A stretch of 32,000 bases of DNA from Haloferax volcanii DS2 (GTDB taxonomy: Archaea; Halobacteriota; Halobacteria; Halobacteriales; Haloferacaceae). The number at the start of each line of letters is the position of its first letter. Within the stretch, counting starts at the first letter, position 1. A program made the position numbers and the translations under genes. Positions 16,075 to 23,281 of the stretch are shown piece by piece. The stretch is taken from contig NC_013967.1 in the NCBI RefSeq assembly GCF_000025685.1, positions 1,650,001 to 1,682,000 on the forward strand, written 5' to 3'. The notes beneath the pieces are model-generated. The model was not told the DNA's origin. It was given only the letters and a program-made list of their open reading frames with translations, and did not search any database.

Positions 16075-16677
16075 ATGTCCGAGGCGCAGACCGTACACCT
16101 CACCTACGATGATGGGGCGCGGGCGGTCGAACTAGCGCGGGAATCGGTCGAATCGTACGTTCTTCACGGGCAGAGAGAACAACCGGGCAGCATGCGCGAC
16201 GCGTTTTACGCTCGAACCGGGGCGTTCGTCCGCATCAAGTCGACACGGGGGCGCGGTCGACTGCGGGGCTGTGCGGGCGCGTATCGGGGGAAAGACCAAC
16301 TCGGTCACGCCATCGTCGACGCCGCCATCAAGGCCGCGTCGGGCGACTCCTGCCAGACCGAAATCGAAGCACCCGAACTGCCGAACCTGAACATCTCTGT
16401 CTGTATCGTCAACAACTACACGCTGACTAACGACCCAGTCGCAGACATCGAACTCGGCACTCACGGCATCGCCATCGACGCCGGCGGCACCCACGGCTGG
16501 ATGTATCCGACGCTGCCCGTCGAACTCGGCTGGTCGAAAGAGGAGTTCCTCACGAACGCCTGCCGCAAAGCCGGTCTGTCGCCGCTGGCGTGGCAGGACG
16601 ACGACACCATGATTACCCTGTTCGAAGGACAGGTCTTCCGCGAGCGCGACGACGGCGGGAGCGTCGAAGCGCTGTAA
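16075..16677 (+). CDS. AMMECR1-domain protein
   Basis: I use the ATG at 16075 (MSEAQTVHLT...). RGRLRGCAGAY matches the family LRGC[IA]G signature. Length is 200 aa. Confidence 0.85.
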   Translation: MSEAQTVHLTYDDGARAVELARESVESYVLHGQREQPGSMRDAFYARTGAFVRIKSTRGRGRLRGCAGAYRGKDQLGHAIVDAAIKAASGDSCQTEIEAPELPNLNISVCIVNNYTLTNDPVADIELGTHGIAIDAGGTHGWMYPTLPVELGWSKEEFLTNACRKAGLSPLAWQDDDTMITLFEGQVFRERDDGGSVEAL

Positions 16678-16766
16678 GTCGTCGCGACGACAACTCGACT
16701 TCTCGGAGGGCAACGACCGGCGATCGACGGCCCCGAGCGTCGCCGCCGCAAAACGAGAACGCGTGC

Positions 16767-17933
16767 TTACTCCTCGCTGACCCCGCCGAATCCGACCGAC
16801 TCGGCGTCTTCGCTGGCCCGCGTCGCGGCCGCGTCGATGTCGAAGTCGAACTCGGAGACGACCTCGCCGTCGCGGATGAGCGGTTCGAGGAGCGACTCAC
16901 CGTCGGTCGGACCGGGCCGCCCGCGGAGGCCGACGTGGTGGCCGCCGTCGGCCGTGCGGTAGACCTCTTTGACGCCCGAGAGCTTGCCCCGCTTGGCCGC
17001 GGGTTCGCCGTTTACCTCGACGATGTCGAGCGCGAAGTCCACCGGGTCGGCGTTCGAGATGTGGCCGCCGACGCCGAAGCCCTCCACCACGTCGCGGAGG
17101 TGCCGAAGTTCCGCCGGGCCGAGACCGCCGCTCACGAAGATGCCCACGTCCTCGTGGCCGCGGGCGTCGAGTTCCCAGCGAACCTCGCGGACGATGTGAC
17201 GGAAGTCACCGCGGCGCGAGGAGGTGGTGTCGAGGCGGACGCTGTCGAGGTCGTCACCGAGCGCTTCGACCGCCTGGAGCACCTCCTCGGTCTCGTCGCC
17301 GTAGGTGTCACAGAGGGCGACCCGCGGCACGTCTTCGTCGACGGCCTCGTCGAACGCGCGGAACGCCTCGGCCTGATTACCGCGCCCGAAGGCGATGAGG
17401 AGCGCGTGCGGCATCGTCCCCGACGCCTCCTTCCCGAGAATCTCGCCGGCGGCGACGTGCGAGAAGCCGTCGAGACCGGCGACGAGGGCGCTCCGCTCGA
17501 CCATCGCGGCGATGGCGGGGTGGACGTGTCGCGCGCCGAACGAGAGAACGGTCGAGTCGGGGGCCGCCGAGCGGGCTTCGAGGGCGGCCGTCGCACAGCC
17601 CGAGGCGTGCGAGAGGAAGCCGAGAAGCGAGGTTTCGAGCCGGGCGAACTCCAGATAGTCGCCCTCGATTCGCATCACGGGGCCCCCGTCGAACAGCGTG
17701 CCCTCGGGCATGGCGTCGACGTCGATATCGCGGCCGGCGAGGAGTTCCGCGGCGTCTTTCACGCCGGCGAACAGCTCGAAGTCGCCGTCCGGGAACTGGT
17801 CGGCCGTCACCTCGGCGACGACGCGGGGGTTCTTGCCCGCGTGTCGGAGGGTCGCCTCGGTCCGCTCGAAGTAGGCGTCGGTCGCGACGCCGTCGCGGAT
17901 GGCCTCGGGACCGACGATATCGAAGTCACTCAT
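16767..17933 (-). CDS. pncB: nicotinate phosphoribosyltransferase (archaeal type)
   Basis: I use the ATG at 17933 (MSDFDIVGPEAIRDGVATDAYFERT...). Length is 388 aa. The blocks SFGARHVHP, GTMPHALL and RLDTTSSRRGD are typical of NAPRTase and type II PRTases. Confidence 0.85.
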   Translation of the reverse strand: MSDFDIVGPEAIRDGVATDAYFERTEATLRHAGKNPRVVAEVTADQFPDGDFELFAGVKDAAELLAGRDIDVDAMPEGTLFDGGPVMRIEGDYLEFARLETSLLGFLSHASGCATAALEARSAAPDSTVLSFGARHVHPAIAAMVERSALVAGLDGFSHVAAGEILGKEASGTMPHALLIAFGRGNQAEAFRAFDEAVDEDVPRVALCDTYGDETEEVLQAVEALGDDLDSVRLDTTSSRRGDFRHIVREVRWELDARGHEDVGIFVSGGLGPAELRHLRDVVEGFGVGGHISNADPVDFALDIVEVNGEPAAKRGKLSGVKEVYRTADGGHHVGLRGRPGPTDGESLLEPLIRDGEVVSEFDFDIDAAATRASEDAESVGFGGVSEE

Positions 17934-18010
17934 TGGCGCGGATTCCACCCGGCCGATGAAAAAGCTGTATAATCGGTCACGTGCGTCGAAGACGAATTGT
18001 CTTCAACGGG

Positions 18011-18331
18011 TCAGCAGACGGCGATTGTCGCGTCGTAGACCGTCCCGTTCTTGCGGACGTAACTGGGTCCCGGCGACCACGGCCGGTCGTCGAGCGAAAC
18101 CATCGAGTCCGAGGCCAGCGCGTCGTCGAGGGCGGCCTGTTCGGCGGGCGTGAGCGACTCGTAAGCGACTATCTCCGCGTCGGCGGGAACGTCGTCGGCC
18201 GGGTCCACGCCGAGTTGCGGCGGGCAACTGTTCGACCACGGAACGAGCGACCCGGTGACGAAGAGGAAGGCCGCGACGAACAGGACGAGCAAAGAGGCGA
18301 CGAGCGCGAAGCGACCGAGCCGGCTGGACAT
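18011..18331 (-). CDS. small membrane-anchored exported protein ending in Cys (partner S1 of the HExxH lipoprotein)
   Basis: 106 aa. It has an N-terminal hydrophobic anchor (FALVASLLVLFVAAFLFV). The ~75-aa domain carries C-x3-L-x-VDPAD-x-VP-x-DA and YVR-x5-Y-x3-IAVC-stop. It is a paralog of 19841-20281. Confidence 0.7.
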   Translation of the reverse strand: MSSRLGRFALVASLLVLFVAAFLFVTGSLVPWSNSCPPQLGVDPADDVPADAEIVAYESLTPAEQAALDDALASDSMVSLDDRPWSPGPSYVRKNGTVYDATIAVC

Positions 18332-18368
18332 ACGGAGCGGCTGTCGGTCCGGTCACAAATGCTTTCTT

Positions 18369-19802
18369 CTAGCTTCGCTCGTGAACCTCGTCCACCTGCG
18401 CCACGGTCGGCGCGTTGACGACGGTGACGGTGTTCCCCTCCCTCGTCACCCGATAGGCGTCCGCGAAGGGGCCGTCGTCGACGCGGTAGGTGTCCTCTCC
18501 CGCCTCCGACGCGTTGAGGCTGCGCTCCAGCGTGTCGGTCACGTACGCCCGCTCGAACTGCTCGGCGTCCGCCTCGGTGTCCCAGACCGTCCGCCAGACG
18601 TAGCCGCGCTCGTGGGGGTTCGCCTCGTACGTCTCGTCGGACGCCGGGCGGTAGGGAACCACCGCGTCGCCGGCCCAGCCCTCGGAGGGTTCGGCGGTGT
18701 AGTTGTACGGCGAGTACGCGCCGGGGTCCTGCTGGAGGCTCGCCCGGTCGACGGCGCGGTGCTTCCAGAACGTCGCGAAGACGGACGCCTCGCCGACCGT
18801 GTCGGCGGTGGGGTCGGTGTCATAGCGCGTCCACGCCGCCGACGAGCGGTCTTCGACCGTCACCTCGACCGGTCGCTCGTCGGGGTAACGGGTCGGGTGG
18901 AGCACCTGCTCGGTCGAGGTGGGGCGGTCGGCGTAGGCCGCGTCAACGGCCGCCCAGCCGCCGCGGTCGCGCAGGTCCGAGACGAACGTCGGCCCCTCGC
19001 TGTACGGCGTGTAGATGGTGATGAACACCGGGTAGTCGACCGACCCGCCGCCCGCCCCACTGTTCGACGGCTGAGGGACGCAGTCCCAGTCGGCCTCACA
19101 GCGGGCTTCGTACAGGCCGTCGACGTAGCGGGCGTCGCCTTCGACCAGCCCGCTGTGGGCGAGTTGGGCGTCCTGCGTCGACGGCGAGCGGTCCAGACCG
19201 AACTGCTGGTCCTGTGCGGCGTGGACCAGTTCGTGGGCGAGCGTCCGACGGTCGATGGTCGGTTGGCTGTCGTCGCTCACGACGACGATGCGGCCCTCGG
19301 AGGGGGAGTAGTAGCCGAGCACCACGCCGCCGTACAGTTCGTCGAACACCTCGTCGATGGTCCGGTCCTCACCGACCAGCAACAGCGCCTCCCACACCTG
19401 GTCGTTCCAGTCGCTGTGGACCGGGTCGGTCGACGCGTCGGACTCGTTTCGGTACTCGGCGCGCGAGACGACCTCGACCGGCACGGACTCCTCGAACTCC
19501 AGTTCGCGGACGACCTCGACGCGAGCCATCGTGCGGGCGACGAACGCCTCCATCTCGGAGTCGTTCAGCCCGTCGGACTGGTCGACCGCGATGGACTCGT
19601 CGTACCAGTAGCCGGCCTCCCAGCCGAGTCGGTCGGTCGGCGGGTCGTCGGGCCACGACCGGTCGGCGTCCGGGTCCGCGCCCCCGACCGCTGCGTCCGA
19701 GTTGTCGTTCGCGGCGCTCGGGTCTGCGACGGGGGCGGCACAGCCGGCGACGACGAGCAGAAATGCGGAGAAAACGGCGGCGAGGCGGCGGTTCATAGCC
19801 AA
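18369..19802 (-). CDS. HExxH-motif surface lipoprotein L1 (uncharacterised putative gluzincin-like; possibly the family NCBI names Hvo_1808 surface protein)
   Basis: 477 aa. The signal plus lipobox is MAMNRRLAAVFSAFLLVVAGC. The motif HELVHAAQDQ is followed 27 residues later by EGDA. It is a paralog of 20378-21808. The family name is from memory and unverified. Confidence 0.85.
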   Translation of the reverse strand: MAMNRRLAAVFSAFLLVVAGCAAPVADPSAANDNSDAAVGGADPDADRSWPDDPPTDRLGWEAGYWYDESIAVDQSDGLNDSEMEAFVARTMARVEVVRELEFEESVPVEVVSRAEYRNESDASTDPVHSDWNDQVWEALLLVGEDRTIDEVFDELYGGVVLGYYSPSEGRIVVVSDDSQPTIDRRTLAHELVHAAQDQQFGLDRSPSTQDAQLAHSGLVEGDARYVDGLYEARCEADWDCVPQPSNSGAGGGSVDYPVFITIYTPYSEGPTFVSDLRDRGGWAAVDAAYADRPTSTEQVLHPTRYPDERPVEVTVEDRSSAAWTRYDTDPTADTVGEASVFATFWKHRAVDRASLQQDPGAYSPYNYTAEPSEGWAGDAVVPYRPASDETYEANPHERGYVWRTVWDTEADAEQFERAYVTDTLERSLNASEAGEDTYRVDDGPFADAYRVTREGNTVTVVNAPTVAQVDEVHERS

Positions 19803-19840
19803 TTCACGGGCGGGAGATGAAAAAGCGTCCCGGCGCGGGG

Positions 19841-20281
19841 TCAGCAGATTGCGACGACGGAGCTGTACGTCTCGTTTTCGTACCTGACGTACGGGCGCTC
19901 CACCCAGAACTCGTAGGCGTCGGTCCGCTCGGAGAACGACGCGGCGTCGGCGCTCTCTGCGGAGTTTGACCCGCCAACCGCCGCGTCGAACTCCGCGCGC
20001 CGCTCTGTCGAGAGGTTCGCGTAGTCGAAGACGGTCGCGTCGCTCGGAACCTCATCCGCGGGGTCGACCGAAAGCGTGGCGTTGCAGTCGGCGTACCACT
20101 CGTCGGTTTCCGTGGGTGTCGCCGGGTCGGTCGGTGTGGGTTCCGCCGTCGTCGAAGTCGGCGTTTCCGTCGTCACCGACGGCGACTCACCCGGCGCGTC
20201 GGCAGTCGGGACGCCGACACAGCCGGAGAGGACGGCGAGCGCGGCGAGCGCCGCCAGCGGGAGGGCTCGAAAGCGGGCCAT
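19841..20281 (-). CDS. small exported lipoprotein ending in Cys (partner S2)
   Basis: I use the ATG at 20281 (MARFRALPLAALAALAVLSGC), which gives a signal plus lipobox. A Thr/Pro-rich linker follows, then the same domain as S1 (C-x3-L-x-VDPAD-x-VP-x-DA ... YVR-x5-Y-x3-VAIC-stop). An upstream GTG at 20320 is possible but less likely. Confidence 0.7.
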   Translation of the reverse strand: MARFRALPLAALAALAVLSGCVGVPTADAPGESPSVTTETPTSTTAEPTPTDPATPTETDEWYADCNATLSVDPADEVPSDATVFDYANLSTERRAEFDAAVGGSNSAESADAASFSERTDAYEFWVERPYVRYENETYSSVVAIC

Positions 20282-20377
20282 ATCCCGGTTGGCGTCGCCC
20301 CGCGGCAAGTGCTTTGTCACCGAGCGGGCGGGAACGCGAAACGGAACGGGAAAATCAGCGTGAAACGCGGGGCCGAC

Positions 20378-21808
20378 TCAGCCGGCGAGTCCCGGCCGAA
20401 TCTCGTCCACGTCGGCGGGTGCCGGGCCGTTGACGACGACGACGCGGTCGCCGGTGCGGACGACCCGGAAGGCGTCGTTGAACGAGCCGTCCGCGATGAC
20501 GTAGACGCCGTCGTCCCGCTGGGTGGCGTCGTGGGCGCTGAGGATGTTCAGGTACGCGTCGTGGAACTCCCGCGCGTCGTCGTCGGTGTCCCACTCAGTC
20601 ACCCAGACGTAGCCGTAGTCGGTCTCCGCGCCGGCCGCGTTGCGGTAGGGGAACAGGCGGTCGTTCGCCCAGCCGTTCGACGGCTCGGCGTCGTAGTTGT
20701 ACGTGTCGTACTGCGAGTTCGTGTCGAGGATGGACTGGACGCGGACGGTTTCCGCGCCGGACGTGCGGGCCTGATACCAGAACATCGCGAACATCGACGC
20801 CTCTCCGACCGTGTCCGAGCCCTCGACGCCCTGGTCGGGGAAGGTGGTCCAGCCGTTCGTCCCCTCGTCGACGAAGGAGATGAGACGGGGCGATTCGTCG
20901 GTGACGTGGATGGTCTGTTCGGTGGACGCCGGCGGGTCGCGAAGGGCGTCGTTGACGGCCTCCCAGCCGCCCCGCTCGTAGAGGTCGTGGACGTACACCG
21001 GGCCGTCGGAGTACGGCTGGAAGATGGTAATCAGGACGCCGAGGTTCGGGCTGCCGCCGCTGTTTTCCGTGTCGGGCGTGGCGACGCAGTCCCACGTCCC
21101 GGCCGCGCACCGCTCGCTGTACTGTCGTTCGACGTAGCTGGCGTCGCCCTCGACGATGCCGTCGGTGGCGAGGTCGCCGTCCTGCGTCTCGCTTCGGAAT
21201 CGGGCGTCGGTCAGGTCGAACCGCTGGTCCTGTGCGGCGTGGACCAGTTCGTGGACGAGCGTGGCGTTGTCGATGGTCGGCTCGCCCGGGGAGTCGGTGA
21301 CGATTTTGATTTCGCCGTCGGACGGCGAGTAGAAGCCGAGGACCGAACTCCCGGTCGTCTCGGAGATGGCGCTCGCGCTCGCGGTCGACTCACCGGCGAT
21401 GAAAAGCGCCTCCCACACCTGGTCGTTCCAGCGGTTGTACTCGGAGTCCGAAGCGGCAGAGCCGCCGGCGTTGGCGCTCCGATAGTCGTCTCGGGAGACG
21501 ACGCTGACGGGGACGCGCTCGTCGAACTCCAACTGCCGGAGCTGTTCGACGCGGGCCATCCCGCGGGCGACGTACGCCTCCATCTCGGAGTCGTTCAGCC
21601 CGTCGGACTGGTCGACCGCGATGGACTCGTCGTACCAGTAGCCGACCTCCCAGCCGAGCACGTCTTGGTCGGGGTCGTCGAAGCCGTCTCTGTCCGGGTC
21701 GGGGGTCGCGGGCGACGCGTCGCCGCCGGGCGCAGCCGTGGGGGCGGCACAGCCGGCGAGAACCAAGAGTACGGCGGCGAAAACGGCGCGGAGACCGGTG
21801 GTTCGCAT
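20378..21808 (-). CDS. HExxH-motif surface lipoprotein L2 (paralog of L1)
   Basis: 476 aa. The signal plus lipobox is MRTTGLRAVFAAVLLVLAGC. The motif HELVHAAQDQ is followed 30 residues later by EGDA. Many blocks are shared with L1. Confidence 0.85.
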   Translation of the reverse strand: MRTTGLRAVFAAVLLVLAGCAAPTAAPGGDASPATPDPDRDGFDDPDQDVLGWEVGYWYDESIAVDQSDGLNDSEMEAYVARGMARVEQLRQLEFDERVPVSVVSRDDYRSANAGGSAASDSEYNRWNDQVWEALFIAGESTASASAISETTGSSVLGFYSPSDGEIKIVTDSPGEPTIDNATLVHELVHAAQDQRFDLTDARFRSETQDGDLATDGIVEGDASYVERQYSERCAAGTWDCVATPDTENSGGSPNLGVLITIFQPYSDGPVYVHDLYERGGWEAVNDALRDPPASTEQTIHVTDESPRLISFVDEGTNGWTTFPDQGVEGSDTVGEASMFAMFWYQARTSGAETVRVQSILDTNSQYDTYNYDAEPSNGWANDRLFPYRNAAGAETDYGYVWVTEWDTDDDAREFHDAYLNILSAHDATQRDDGVYVIADGSFNDAFRVVRTGDRVVVVNGPAPADVDEIRPGLAG

Positions 21809-21907
21809 ATCGTACCCTTAGACTCCGGAGTGAAGTACCTTGTCGGGTTCGGGCGTCGAATCGAACCGGCGCGTACTGTTTTGGTCGTCCCGGCGCAACC
21901 CACGCGC

Positions 21908-22480
21908 ATGGAACTCGACCCGACCCGAACCGCGGTGGTCGTCGTGGATATGCAGAACGGCTTTTGTCACCCCGACGGGAGCCTGTTCGCGCCGGGGAGC
22001 GAATCCGCAATCGAGCCGGTTACGGGACTCGTCGCCGCCGCCCGCGACGCCGGCGCGCGCGTCGTCTACACCCGCGACGTGCACCCGCCGGAGCAGTTCG
22101 AGGGCAACCACTACTACGACGAGTTCGAGCGCTGGGGCGAACACGTCGTCGAGGGGACGTGGGACGCCGCCCTCCACGACGGCCTCGACGTGCGCGACGA
22201 GGACCTCGTCGTCGAGAAGCACACCTACGACGCGTTCTACCGGACGCAGTTGGCGGGCTGGCTCGACAGCCACGGCGTGGACGACCTGCTCATCTGCGGC
22301 ACGCTGGCGAACGTCTGCGTCCTCCACACCGCCGGGAGCGCCGGCCTTCGGGACTACCGACCGATTCTCGTCACCGACGCGCTCGGCTACATCGAGGAAG
22401 AACACAAGGCGTACGCCGTCGACCACGCCGACTGGCTGTTCGGCGAGACGGCGACGCTCGCGGACGTGACGTTCGAGTAG
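21908..22480 (+). CDS. isochorismatase-family cysteine hydrolase, probable nicotinamidase
   Basis: I use the ATG at 21908 (MELDPTRTAVVVVDMQNGF). The catalytic-Cys block is LICGTLANVCVLHTA. Length is 190 aa. The 5' 530 codons of the 723-aa track ORF are antisense junk. The nicotinamidase role is inferred from the family and the nearby NAPRTase. Confidence 0.8.
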   Translation: MELDPTRTAVVVVDMQNGFCHPDGSLFAPGSESAIEPVTGLVAAARDAGARVVYTRDVHPPEQFEGNHYYDEFERWGEHVVEGTWDAALHDGLDVRDEDLVVEKHTYDAFYRTQLAGWLDSHGVDDLLICGTLANVCVLHTAGSAGLRDYRPILVTDALGYIEEEHKAYAVDHADWLFGETATLADVTFE

Positions 22481-22558
22481 ACCGGCGGCCCCGCCGAGCG
22501 CGAGCGGAACCCTGACTCTAACCCCGACCCCGACGCTGACCGCGACTCCGGCCGCGTC

Positions 22559-23044
22559 TCACTCCCGAAAGAGCCGATACGCGCCCTGTCCGGTGGCGAC
22601 GGCGTCGTTCCAGTCGCTCGACGGCGACTGCCGGGCGGCCACGTCCGAGTCCTCTTCCGGGTCGGTGCTGACGACGGTGATGGTGCTCACGCCGACCGAG
22701 CCGCCGGCGCGGACGACCTCAGCGACCGCGGTCAGGTCGCCCGACGCCCGCCGCAGGTAGTTCACGTTGAGATTGATGGTGGCGACGCCGCCGGCGAGCG
22801 GGTCGTCGAGCATCGTCCGGAGGGCGATGCCGCCCGCGGTGTCGATGAGCGTCGCCGCGATACCGCCGTGAATCGTCGGCGGCGACACGGTGTTGGTGAG
22901 CTTCTCGTCGTACGGGATGGTCATCACGATGCGGCCGCGCTCGATGGCGTCGACGCGGGTGTTGAGCCACGACAGGTAGCCGTGTTCGTCCTCGATGTGT
23001 CGCTGGACGATTGCCGCGGCCTCGGCGGGAAAGTCGTCGGCCAT
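22559..23044 (-). CDS. PaaI-family hotdog-fold thioesterase
   Basis: I use the ATG at 23044 (MADDFPAEAAAIVQRH...). The HGGIAATLIDTAGG block is typical of PaaI/DUF4442-type thioesterases. Length is 161 aa. Confidence 0.8.
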   Translation of the reverse strand: MADDFPAEAAAIVQRHIEDEHGYLSWLNTRVDAIERGRIVMTIPYDEKLTNTVSPPTIHGGIAATLIDTAGGIALRTMLDDPLAGGVATINLNVNYLRRASGDLTAVAEVVRAGGSVGVSTITVVSTDPEEDSDVAARQSPSSDWNDAVATGQGAYRLFRE

Positions 23045-23250
23045 ATCACGAACGAGTGTGTCAAATAGTATGTAACCGACGGTCGGTGGCAACCCCGGCG
23101 GCCCCGCGAGCAGCGCGAGCAGGCGGTCGCCTCGCCGGCCCCGCGAGCAACGAGTGGGCCGCACCGAGGCGACTGCGAGCGGGAAACCGACCGGCGAGTG
23201 AGCCGAGCGGACGGGAGCCGTAGAGCACTTATCAGTCCGGTGGTGAGTGA

Positions 23251-23258
23251 AATATATA
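23251..23258 (+). promoter_or_regulatory. TATA-box candidate for a leaderless kinase transcript
   Basis: AATATATA is centred about 27 nt upstream of the ATG at 23282, the usual haloarchaeal TATA-to-TSS spacing for leaderless mRNAs. Confidence 0.45.
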
Positions 23259-23281
23259 CACGTTCACGGAGTGATACGGGT

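Noticed and set aside
20309-21907. 5' 530 codons of the 723-aa plus-strand ORF
   Set aside because: They are antisense to lipoprotein L2. Only the last 190 codons, from the ATG at 21908, carry isochorismatase motifs.
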